A stretch of DNA of 64,000 nucleotides, from positions 83,700,001 to 83,764,000 of the forward strand of contig OX597814.1 of NCBI GenBank assembly GCA_951406725.2, written 5' to 3'. The notes under the pieces are model-generated. The model did not search any database. It worked only from the letters and a program-made list of their open reading frames with translations, and was not told the origin of the DNA. Each line of letters opens with the position of its first letter. Within the stretch, counting starts at the first letter, position 1. The position numbers and the translations under genes are program-made. Source of the stretch: Octopus vulgaris. Its lineage: Eukaryota. Of this stretch, positions 11,145 through 22,988 are shown in pieces.

Positions 11145-11667
11145 CTAGGTTGATAGAAAAGTTTGTGTGCTGTGTTAAAATAATGAATTTTTATGCAAGA
11201 ATTTATTGAAAACCAACAACAACTATTCTTCCAAATAAAGACCATCATTTTCCACGACCTTCTGCCAATGATCTGCAAGCTTTCGGATTTGGTCAAAGTA
11301 CCAGTCCTTCGGCTTTGAATCGAAAAATTCTTGACGGACTTCTTCAACTTCATCAAATAACTCAAATCGGCAACCTTTTATAAAGTGCTGCATTGATCGA
11401 AAGAGACTGTAGTCAGATGGAGCAACATCTGGACTATAGGCTGGATGTGGTAAAATTTCTGCACCATCCAATTCTTCAGTCTTGTTGCTAGTCTTTCTGG
11501 CAGTATGTCGCTTTGCATTATCTTGTTGAAAAAAAGTGCATTTTCGACAAACAAGTCTTCGGTACTTTTCAACAATGAGTCAGCATTGAACATGACATGA
11601 AATGAATGAACACACATATAAAAAAGCAATATTTTAACACGACGCATGAACTTTTTCCTCAACCTAA
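11145..11667 (-). mobile_element. Internally deleted mariner with both TIRs and TA TSDs
   Basis: TA|CTAGGTTGATAGAAAAGTT and AACTTTTTCCTCAACCTAA|TA. Encodes ILPHPAYSPDVAPSDYSLFRSMQH..WQKVVENDGLY. Confidence 0.92.
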
Positions 11668-13324
11668 TATGACCAAAAGTGTACTGAAAATCATGTTAAT
11701 CCTTTGCAGCAGAAATCTGATACATCCACTCAAAATTTCAATACTCTTATCTGAAGAAAGCAGTTTTATGTACCAATTTATCTTTGTTGAAGAATGTCAT
11801 GTTGAAAACTATTTTTTGTTGAGATATGTCAAGTTTACCAAGGAAAAAACCAATTCTATTTTTTGGTATTTATTAACATCATTACTGAAATAATCATGAA
11901 ATTTAATTTTATGTGTAAAGATTTAAACAAAAGGGTTGTAATTAAGTTATTTTAGTCAGAACATTTTATTGCTCCAGTATCATTACTTTATCATTAAAAT
12001 TTTAAAATACACATGTAAACAAACAAATTTTGAATTTTAGCATTATAAAGATTAACCTTTTAGTTTAGAGTGACATTGTAGGTTAGGTGTGAGAGGCCAG
12101 ATTTAGGGTTTAAACATCAGACAAAAAGAATATTTGGGCCAGATATGGTCTTTTTAAATGCTAAAGGGTTAAGTTCTTTAACTCGGGCCTTTTTGATTAC
12201 CTTACCTCTCTACATTTCAGTGACCATATTATGTCTCCACCCTGCCTCCCACCTAAATTCCAGTCTACTCTAATGCCTACTTCCAGTTTTCTCCTCAGAT
12301 TATTGCTATCCCTGCACATATTTTCTGCAGTCATTGACTCACAACATTTTAAGCAGAATGTTAAAGGCATCAATTTTATTAGTCTCAGACCTAACAAATA
12401 AAAAAATACACTGTTTAATCCACTAAACCATCTTATCTCTTCATATACATACTATTTTAACACTTATTAATTTTACATATACATGAAAAATTTTGTACAT
12501 TTGAATGTATATTCAACAATCATGTTTCAAGGTTATTACAGATGTAATTGATCAACCTCACAATTGAGCCTCCATGTGGTCATTTGACTTGCTAGATATA
12601 GCAAATAGATCTTCCTCAAATCAAACTCTATTGTCTTATGAAAAGATGTAGGATAGTGTGTCACTAGGTTCCTTGCACAATAGAAAAAAGCAGGATGGTC
12701 ATGGGTGAAATGCCTTTGATAACAGGTCTGCCCATTTACAGCTTATGTAGGGCTAAATAACAACAACAAACAAATCCACTCCTCTTACCCACCTACTCCC
12801 TCACTATCATATACCTATCAAAAGATCCTTAGTACCTTTAGCATGTGGACTACCTGACCATTTGCACTTTAGCATGCAGTCTAAACCTAACCTTAATCCT
12901 AAACACTAACCCTAACCCCTATGCGATTAAATTAGCCTGTTGATTGCTGATCATATAATTATCAAGTGCTATCTATATTTTATCATCAAAAGATTGAATG
13001 CAAAATGAAAATGAATAAAGGAGAAGAGATAGCTGATAAAATTGATTAAACTAATTTTAGTATAATTAAAATAGTTTTTCTATAGAAACTTCCACTTAAT
13101 AGATTAAAATATTTTCTCTGTAATACATAACTGTAGCCTAATTGACTACACAATTCATGTATAGTTTGATTGCAATGTCAACCACAAATTATACTATTTA
13201 TTTAGTCTGGGTTTTTGTTGATGAAAATTTGTCATTTAGTAGCATGATTATAATTTTGGTATGTATTTAATGATTCTCATGGTGATGGTGCAATTTCTGT
13301 AACAGTAGAAATAATAGAAGAGCT

Positions 13325-14105
13325 ACATAAAAAGCACTGGTGCTGGTGCAACGTAAAAAGCTCTGGTGCTGGTGCAACGTAAAAAGCTCTGGTGCTGGTG
13401 CCACATAAAATGTACTGGTGCTGGTGCCACATAAAATGTACTGGTGCTGGTGCCACATAAAATGTACTGGTGCTGGTGCCACATAAAAAGCACTGATGCC
13501 GGTATCATGTAAAAAGCACTGGTGCTACTACCACATAAAAAGCTGGTGCTGCTGCCATGTAAAAAGCACTGGTGCTACATAAAAAGCACTGGTGCTGGTG
13601 CCACATAAAAAACATTGGTGCCATGTAAAAAGCACTTGTGCTAGTGGCATATAAAAAGCACTGGTACTGTGCCATGTAAAAAGCACTGTTGCTGCTGTCA
13701 TGTAAAAAGTACTGGTGCCACGTAAAAAGCACTGGTGCTGCTGCCATGTAAAAAGCACTGTTGCTGCTGTCATGTAAAAAGTACTGGTGCCACGTAAAAA
13801 GCACTGGTGCTGCTGCCATGTAAAAAGTACTGGTGCCATGTAAAAAGTACTGGTGCCATGTAAAAAGCACTGTTGCTGCTGTCATGTAAAAAGTACTGGT
13901 GCCACGTAAAAAGCACTGTTGCTGCTGTCATCTAAAAAGTACTGGTGCCATGTAAAAAGCACTGTTGCTGCTGTCATGTAAAAAGTACTGGTGCCACGTA
14001 AAAAGCACTGTTGCTGCTGTCATGTAAAAAGTACTGGTGCCATGTAAAAAGCACTGTTGCTGCTGCCATGTAAAAAGCATGGGTGCTGGTGCCACATAAA
14101 AGCAC
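13325..14105 (+). repeat. Minisatellite of ~33 units (26 and 20 bp) with core TAAAAAG(C/T)ACTG
   Basis: 33 TAAAA cores counted between 13328 and 14097. Units are taaaaagcactggtgctggtgccacg (26) and taaaaagtactggtgccatg (20). Confidence 0.95.
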
Positions 14106-14256
14106 CCAGTACACTCTGTTGGCATTAGGAAGAACATACAGCTGTAGAAACCATGCTAGAACCGACAATGGAGCCTGGTGTGACCCCTAGCCTTACTAGC
14201 TTCAGTGAAACTGTCCAAACCATGCCAACATGGAAAATGGATATTAAATGATGATG
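14085..14256 (+). mobile_element. RTE-type 3' tail continuous with the minisatellite
   Basis: gttggcattaggaag..cagctgtagaaacc..catgccaacatggaaaatggatattaaatgatgatg, as at 2610-2748. Confidence 0.85.
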
Positions 14257-14750
14257 TTACATGTGATTATAATTGTGGTTAGTGTATTGTAAGTTTGTGT
14301 CAATCTCAAGTCAGCTGAACAGATGTCTGATTAAAAGCTTGTTGCATTTTTTTAAGCAATAGTGTGATTTAAGATAGATTTGGTTTCTATTTCTTGCAAG
14401 CAGCATAGAGGTTTTCTTGTTGTCTGGTGGTAGTAATGGTGATGATGATGATGATGATGATGGTGGGGTCGTTTTTATCATAAAACTTAAAATGGTGACA
14501 GCAACATTTATTTTTAACTGATACCTCCCATCTACTGTCTTCAGATAATATTCTGTCTTCCAGGAAATCTGTCTAACAGAGTCAGTTCAATGTTCCCCTC
14601 TCACATTCACTCTTACCATTGCATACCCCCTCCTTCCATTGAAATAACATGCTTTTTGCAGCACCAGATTGTTATACTTTTAACACTTTAGTCTCAGACC
14701 CACATCGTTTGCTGCAAAAGATATATGTATGTGTGTGTGCTTGTGTAAAG

Positions 14751-14812
<62 letters not shown>

Positions 14813-15779
14813 GCATAATTTTTTTTAAATGATAATAATAATAACAACAACTATAGCGTAGGTAAGAAAATGGTGTTATGTAAACAGCTCTGAACAATTC
14901 TTTAAAAAAGTGCATATGGAGAAATGGTAAAAGGATTATATGTACACTTTTTATATTTTATATTACTTTTCACTATTACTTAACATTATTTACTGAAATG
15001 TTATTGTATAGTTTTAATACTATATTTTGTATTCTATATTACTTTTTTTTTCACTTAAGATTATGTCAGTGAGTGACATCAATAGTGGAATGCCAGACAA
15101 AATGTCTTGCTGTATTTAGTTACAATCTTATGTGTTCTTCCTTCAAATCTCACTATGGTCAGCTTGACCTTTCATTCTGCTGATGTTGATAAAAATAAGT
15201 ATCACTAATAAACTTAACTGTGTGTGAATTCTATAAATTATGCTTCCCCACTTCATGCATCTGTAGTTGTTCTTACTTTGATGCACCAAGTACCATTGAC
15301 CTTGAGGTTAGCTCAGTGGTTCTCAATATTTTTGACTTCATGGCACACTGTAGATCATCATTTTTGTTGTTGTTGTTATCTTATTTATCTATTTATTTTT
15401 TTGCCTTGCTGGTATGGGCTGGACAAAACTTCTTGACACACTCTTTTATGGCTGGGAACCCCAAGGTACTTGCATGTTGAACTGCCAACCTGAACAACAT
15501 TGTTTATGCACACACACACACATATACACATACACACAAATAGATATATATACCATCATTCTTTGTGGAACACTGCATTCAAATCTGCTTTCAATAATAT
15601 CTCAGTGTATTTCAGCCAAAATTGAAGTTCTTTTATATGTATCATTAATTTTATCTTGTTGATTAGAGACTTGTCACACTGAAATTAACTTATCAATAAG
15701 TAATTATAATAGAATAAAACAACCTAATTAACATACTGTTGTTTTTTTTTTTTTTTTTTGGATTAATTTATATTTGCTG

Positions 15780-17550
15780 AAATTCTCTTTTTCTTCTCTT
15801 CTAGACAATGATAGCTCAATAAGTAGTATCCGCATGCAGAAAGCTTCCTTACTTGCTGCCCACTTTGTATCCAACTCCACACTATACACCTTTGGCCAAA
15901 CTCTGCCAAATCTATCCCTTTCCACTCCTCCAGGCTCACCACTTCATGTATGCTTACACCAAGTGCAGAAATATGAGTTGTTTCAACCTTGACAGTGTTC
16001 CTTTTTATTGTACTCAGATATTGCACCCCAAATCTTTCCCATTTCCTCACTAAACTCTTCAATCTTTTACTCTCTGGTATTTCAAAGTGTGCTTTAATAT
16101 GTCCTATTCTTAAAAAAATAAAAGGCAACCCCTCTGACCCAATGAACTATTGTCTTTATTGCACCCGCTTCTAATATCTCTAAGGTAATGAAGACAGTCA
16201 TTAATAATGATTTTCTCCAACACTTTAAATCCCTTTCCTCAGTGATCACTAGTATAGCTTATTTAGAGCCGGAGACTGGAGAACTACTTTTTTTAGAGAA
16301 GTCATTTGAAAGCAATACTGTTATCCCAGGCATTATTTAACCATGCCTGGTATAGTAAGCTTCTACCTTAACTTCCCACCTACAGTTTCCACCTATCTTT
16401 CATCTCTTGTATCAGTAGCTTCTTATCAGATTGCACCATTGCAATAATCTCAAATATGACCCAAGATTTGTTTTTACTCCCAACTCTCTTCCTTTTTTAT
16501 ATCAACACTTTTGATACCAACCCACTCAAGACCAACCCTGATCCTGTTATGACAACTTCCTGTTTTAAAATGATGTAATTTAAAACCTTTCATCAAAATT
16601 CCATGTTGTTTTAAAGACTGGCTTAATAATGACAGTTATTTTAGAAAATGTTTCATTATTTTCAAAATTAATTGAAATAAAGTAGTGCATTTCAATGGAA
16701 ATATAGTAATTAAAGGATTAATGACCTTGCCACTCTTATGCAGATGCTATGACTCTTCATTTCCCCAACCATACATAACCTGCAGCCTGAACACGACACA
16801 ATTATTCTACAAATGGAGACCTTGAGAGCATCCTCCAGTGGAACCATAGTGGTCTTGTCCCTTCTAACAACAAAAGCACCAGTGCTAGCCCCATTAAGAA
16901 AATAGCACCACATTCCTAAACACAAGCAACACCCATTTAAAACCTTCTTGATCATTGCAAGTGCTAGGTCTCACTATCATCACAGATCTTTCTTGGTGAA
17001 AGTACATCCTTAACATATCTAGGACCATATCCCAAAGCCCTAAGGTTGGCCTTTTTCTTCAGGGTCAGCAATATTTCAGTCTTCAACAATTGTTGACACT
17101 CTACATGATTCAAGTAAAGACCACAATGGAGTATTGTTCACATATCCGGGTTGGTACTACTGTATTGTTATAGGCACAAACATTCTGGACTTATATCCAG
17201 AGAAAGGTCACTTAAATCATTAAGACATGCTTGAGCAGCTGGCCTACAGACATGCTGTCTCCTCTTACTGTCTTTTCTAATGCTACAATGATGGTCTCTG
17301 TTCCATAGAGCTGGGTCATCCCATACCTCCTCATCTCAAGCAGTTCCATACCACTTGATTCACCATCTCTTGCTATCCTTATTGTCCATTTACCCTAGTT
17401 CTGTTGTCACCACTGTGCCCAATTCTTCCTCCTTCAGATATTAGTCCTGTGGAATCTTCTCCCAGCTCATGTCTTTTCTACAGATGTTGACCTACCACAC
17501 TTCAAAGAGCACATTAACTGGATCAAGTTCACCAGTCTTGGCACTACCCC
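15780..17550 (+). mobile_element. CR1-Zenon-like LINE RT remnant, interrupted by a MITE
   Basis: LRYCTPNLSHFLTKLFNL..PILKKIKGNPSDPMNY, FLSDH.Y and LYMIQVKTTMEYCSHI (Zenon-type YKAQVRP.MEYCSH.W). Many stops. Confidence 0.75.
16502..16721. mobile_element. piggyBac-like MITE inserted in the LINE
   Basis: Ends aaaggaTTAA; internal sequence is shared with 36625-36794, which ends aaaagggTTAA. Confidence 0.5.
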
Positions 17551-17907
17551 TTACTCAAGGATCAGTAGGCAAAATCAAATAAAACAATACATAGCAAATA
17601 TTTATATCTATATATTATATTATAAACATAGCTCCTGAAATATAAAAGGACTCTTTGTTTACACTAATGCTAATTTTACAGTATAAATGTCAATGACTTT
17701 GTTCTTGTTCCCATGCTACCAAACGAATTTTATCACAAAAAGCAGCTTTAATCCATATTATTAGTGATTTCCTGTCAAACAATAATTGGTTTATTAGTAA
17801 AGCACTTATGATTATAGACAAAGCAACTGTCATAAAGTAGCATTGCAAATTTTTTAAAGAGATTCTTTGTAATGTGTATATATATATAAACATACACACA
17901 CACACAT

Positions 17908-17942
<35 letters not shown>

Positions 17943-18097
17943 ACGACACACTCACTATGTTTTGATAAGCCTGATGAGTTTGGAAATCATGTTATATATA
18001 TAAATGTGTGTGTGTGTGTATATATGTATATATATATACACACATTTAATTATATATGCATTTATCAATAGGCATTTATTTATTTTACATATGCATT

Positions 18098-18133
<36 letters not shown>

Positions 18134-18387
18134 AATATGTATGTCTTTTTATTTATGTATATGTATTCTGCTGGAGACAGGATTTTGGAAAGTAGCAGGA
18201 GGACACCTAGTAGTCATGACCTGGGTGGGCCCGGCTCCTGTAGAGAGTCAGGTATAAGGGTCAAAACACTTGCCTGATGGGATTCTTCCTCTGAAAAACT
18301 CCCCTGCTGTGTGCTCACCTTGCAGTGAGTTTCAGTTATTTATGTATATCTATACATATGTAGTTATAAATACAAGAATATGTATAT

Positions 18388-19312
18388 GTAAGTGTTTCAA
18401 AACTCTGTGTCACATTCTTAGAACTCTTATATCATAAACTACAAATGATAGCATGATTGAACTGGTACCATTTAAAAGCTAAAAGTGTCAAGCTTTCTTC
18501 TGTTAATTTAATTAATTAAATTTAATTTAATTTTGTTTTGTTCTCTCTTTTCAGTAATATCAATCACAAAAACAAGAGAAGTCATTTTGCATCCTAGAAT
18601 ATGCTAAAACTGAATCATGAACATGTGTTCAATGCAAATTTCATACAACATTTATCAAGTAGGCACCAGACAGACATTCCATTTTTAATTGGTATGCAAA
18701 ATTTAAGGAGGATGGGTGTTTGTGCTGGCAAAAAGAACAGGATGCCCCTCAACTTCAGATGATATGGTTGAACAGGTTCGGCAAGCCTTCCAGCATAGCC
18801 GTCAGAAATCAGTCAGAATAGCCAGTTGAGTACTTCAGCTCTCATTAACAACTGTTTGGTGTGTCTTAAAGAAATAGCTGCAGTTCACACCATACAAGCT
18901 GCAATTGGTTTAACAGTTGAAGGACACTGATAAACCTATTAACCATGAATTTTGCACAGGAGTCTCTTTTTCTCTTTGCCAGGCACAAACACCCCTCCTC
19001 CTTAAATTTTGCATGCCAATTAAAAATGGAATGTCTGTCTGGTGTCTGCTTGGTAAACATTGTACAAAATTTGTGTTGAACACATGTCCATGATCCAGTT
19101 TTAGCATATTCTAGGATGCAAAATGACTTCTTATTTTATGAATGATATTACTGGATCTGAAAAGAAACAAAAATTAAATTAAATTAATACTAAATTAACA
19201 GAAGAAAACTTGACACTTTTAGCTTTTAAATGTACCAGCTCAATCATGCTACCATTTGTAGTTCATGATATAAGAGTTCTTAGAATGTGATATAGACTTT
19301 TGAAACACCCTG
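18388..19312. mobile_element. Fold-back Tc1/mariner derivative (DUF4817/rosa-like N-terminus) made of two inverted 5' halves
   Basis: 18392-18740 is the reverse complement of 18965-19308. Right end TTTTGAAACACCCTG|TA. The + strand encodes decayed QEKSFCILEYAKTES..IFNWYAKFKEDGCL..EQVRQAFQHSRQKSVR..FTPYKLQLV. Confidence 0.9.
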
Positions 19313-19374
19313 TATATATCTTAATATATGTGTGATAAACATATATCTGTATGTGTGTGTATGTATATATATTC

Positions 19375-19608
19375 TTTTATTCTTTTCAGTCACTTGACTG
19401 TACCCATGCTGGAGCACCGCCTTGCAAAGTTTTAGTTAAACAAATTGATCTCAGGACTTATTTTTTTAGGCCTAGTACTTGATTCTGTTGGGGTCTTTTG
19501 CCAAACTGCTGAGTTATGGGGATGTAAACACACCAACACTGGTTGTCAGTCAGTGATGGGAGGATAAACACAGACACAAAGACACACACACACACACACA
19601 TACACACT
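19375..19608 (-). mobile_element. SINE family A, 3' half
   Basis: Matches 4411-4650. Confidence 0.85.
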
Positions 19609-19612
19609 TATA

Positions 19613-20874
19613 GACGGGGTGCAGATGTAGAATTAGCACACCCAACAGAATTCAAGAAAAAGAAGATATAAAATCTTTATCTTTTGAGATTTAGGGAAAA
19701 CTCAAGATATTCAAAGTTACTGGACCTGCATATTACATAATTATTCACTATAACCCCTCCACTAGCTTTAATAAAAAGGGAATTGGAAACAAGTTCATTT
19801 CATGGTTGCAACTGATAAATCTTGGAATGCCTGGCAGATGCACTGCTTTAGCTCATCCTTGATGTTTCAGGCAGTCTTGTTTGTGACTCTCCTGACTACA
19901 TCCCCTGGAGAGTTAATAAGCCATGTGTCTAGGCTGACATGGTTGTAAATGTTGGCTAAGAGCCACTTTTAAATCTTCCTGGCTCTGTATGTGGGTGCAG
20001 AATCTTGCTGGAACACATAAGGTCTTCTCCCTGTCCTCTCTTCAATCCAGGGCTTCATCACAGTTTTCAAAACACCCTGGTATACATTCTGATTTATCTT
20101 CAGGTCTATATTAAAGATGTATTAGGGTATGATATGTCCCCCACTGTTGATGAATCCAAAAACCATGATGTGAACATGAGACTTGGTTTTCGATACTCTG
20201 GGAGCATCATGTAGACTAACTGCTAACCATCTGGTTTTCTCCTTGCTGTGTGCCTTGTTCTGGCAAAAAGTTGTTTTTTTTCATCTGAGAAAAAGCACAG
20301 CATGTTTGATTCCTGCAGATGCTTCAAGTTGTTCAGTAGCTTCTTGGCCCTCTTTAAGTAGTTCTCTTTTGACTTCTGAGTGAGTAGCTGTCTTGTTGCA
20401 TCTTGTAACACTTGTAATGGAAGGTCTTCCTTTATACAAGTCCTAACAGTCTTATCATAGCCCTCTTGTCTGGCAGTCTTGTGTATCCCAGTGGAAAGGT
20501 TTTTCTTACTGCTCAATTTTCTGGATGAAATCAACAACTCTCACTCTTTGTTTACTGCTATTATGAGTTTTCCTAGCAGCCACAGTGTCAGTATCAAAGT
20601 TACTGCTCTCTAACTCCTTCCTCATCCTCTGGTCTGTATGTTGTAGGAGCTTTAAGTTGTCAACAATGGCCTTGTTATTGATACTGGCACAGACTACCAC
20701 CACCTTCCTTTTCCACTCTTCAGGTCACTTATATTCTTTTAATCTGTCTTGACTCACCATTTTTTTGAAGCCAAGTACAGTCTGATGAAAACAATATTAA
20801 TTTACATCATAGCTTTCAAAATAGAATTTTATATGTTGCTTAAAAAGAGGCACTGATTTAAAATCCCCATCCTG
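19613..20874 (-). mobile_element. Decayed maT/DD37D-like Tc1-mariner transposon
   Basis: Minus strand FFSDEK, VHIMVFG and VFQQDSAPTYRARKI..DTWLINSP. Right end CATCCTG|TA; left TIR only weakly similar. Confidence 0.8.
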
Positions 20875-20999
20875 TATATATATATATATATATATATATT
20901 TAATTTATATTCATTTATTTTATTTAATTTATATTAAAATTTTATGTATTGATTAAGTCTTTCCTTGTTTGGTTTTAAAATAGTGGTTTTGTCTCGAAT

Positions 21000-21030
<31 letters not shown>

Positions 21031-21054
21031 ACAGAGAAAGAGAGAGTGAGATAT

Positions 21055-21282
21055 TTTATTTCATATTGCTCCAGTCCACTCAGCTGGCAAAAATGAATTA
21101 GTACCTGTGTTTGAAAGGGCCATCCTTTTCACATTCTGTGTCATGCTGAATCTCCTTGAGAACTATGCTGTGGGTATGAGTCTGTGGAGTGCTCATCCAC
21201 TCACACACTGATTTCACAAGTAGGTTGTCCTGTTGATCTGATCAATTGAAATCCTCATTGTCATAACTGATGAAGTGTCAGT
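21055..21282 (+). mobile_element. SINE family C, 3' part
   Basis: Reverse-complement homologue of 54039-54275. Confidence 0.75.
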
Positions 21283-21292
21283 TATATATATA

Positions 21293-22082
21293 CTAGCAGT
21301 ATCATCCGGCGTTGCTCGGGTTTGTAAGGGAAATAACTATATAAGCATTTTTAGAGAGTTATAGCAAAAAAATGCATTCAAAATGGAATAAAAAATGATG
21401 GTAATTTTTTTTTTAAATCGTTGACTCATCGTAGACATTTTTAGAGAGTTACTTCCCTTATATAATAGCAAAAAAATGCATTAAAATGGAAAAAATGATG
21501 GTAAATTTTTTTTAAATCGTAGACTCATCGTAGACGCGCGCTAATACCCAGAAGGGCTCGATATGAATCACGACTATAAGATACCCAATTTTGATTAAAC
21601 TGCACCGCAAAATGTGGGAGTAGTTAGGAATCTAAATCGTAGGAGACAGACACACAACTTCACTTTTATATATAAAGATTTGTGCAACAACTAAAACATT
21701 CAGTTGTGCAAATTGTTTGCACAGGAAACCTGCCCTGTGTGGCAGTTTTTGCCGTTTTTGTGGATCTGTTTCAGCTTTTTTAGTGATTTCTGTTTTGGCG
21801 ACTTCAAGCCATGAAGTCGTTGTTCTAAAAGAACGCTGATCTCCTTGACAACGCTTTACGACGTTGATTTCCCTACCCTGCCTTCCCCACAGCTTCACGA
21901 GGGAGGGAAGAAGGGGAGGAGCTACACAGGTGCAGGTGCGAGCGTGAATGCCAACGCCGCCACCGACACACGAAAAAATTGGAAGAACCTAGACGACAGC
22001 TTCAGCCACCACCACGACCAACACCATCACCACTACGCCCATGACCATCACCACCACCATCACCACAACCCCCACCACCACG

Positions 22083-22113
<31 letters not shown>

Positions 22114-22787
22114 CCACCACAACCACGACCACCATCACCACTACCAACACCACCGCTGCCACTACCACCGCCTCCACCACCACCATACTATGCCTCTGCT
22201 CTCTCCTTTTGGCTACTAAATCCATTACTATATTTCACAAGTACCATCGCCATACAATATTGCCTTCAAAAGTTTGTGTTTGGATAATATTTTTTAAGTA
22301 AAAGTTGTGCAACAACTATAACATTCGGTTGTGCAAATTATTTGCACGGGAAACCTTCCCTGTGTGGCGTGTTTAGCGACTTTGTAGAATTTGCTTTCGG
22401 GCTTTCTTAGCCATTTCTGTTTTGGTGTCTTCAAGCCATGAAGTCGTTGTTTTAAAAGAATGCTGGTCTCCTTGACAACGCTTGATTTCCTTAGACTCCC
22501 TTCCCCACAGCTTCACGAGGGAGGGAAGAAGGGGGAAAAGCAACACAGGTGCAGGTGTGAGCCCTTTATTTAAAAAATATGTGTTAAAATGGAAAAAAAT
22601 TATGGTAAATTATTTAAAAAATCGTAGACTCACCGTAGACGTGCGCTAATACCCAGACGGGCTCGATATGAATCACGACTATAAGATACCCGAATTTGGT
22701 TAAACTGCACCGCAAAATGTGGGAGTAGTTAGGGATCTAAATCGTAGGAGACAGACACTCACACAACTTCACTTTTATATATATAGA
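21293..22787 (-). mobile_element. Young non-autonomous Helitron, composite, with two 5' ends
   Basis: Minus strand A|TCTATATATATAAAAG at 22787. 3' hairpin CCCGAGCAACGCCGG then CTAG|T at 21293. Second TC end at 21678. CpGs retained. Confidence 0.88.
21990..22190. repeat. (CAC/CAA)n trinucleotide tract inside the Helitron
   Basis: Directly visible. Confidence 0.95.
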
Positions 22788-22896
22788 TATATCTAAAATT
22801 ATTTTTTGAAATTGGATCTTGGTGCACATTAATGCTATACATAATAGCATGTAAATATTGGGTTCAAAATCCATTTTGGATAGAAATATATACTAT

Positions 22897-22940
<44 letters not shown>

Positions 22941-22953
22941 TATGTCTAATTAT

Positions 22954-22988
<35 letters not shown>

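Noticed and set aside
13325-14105. CRISPR-like array or repetitive peptide gene
   Set aside because: Sequences between cores are variants of one another rather than unique spacers. No cas genes, eukaryotic context, and unit lengths of 26 and 20 do not preserve frame.
17968-17995. Hammerhead at CTGATGAGTTTGGAAATC (also CTGATGAAG at ~37272)
   Set aside because: No stem I, II or III can be formed.
21845-22301. His-rich and Thr-rich ORFs
   Set aside because: (CAC)n microsatellite inside a Helitron.
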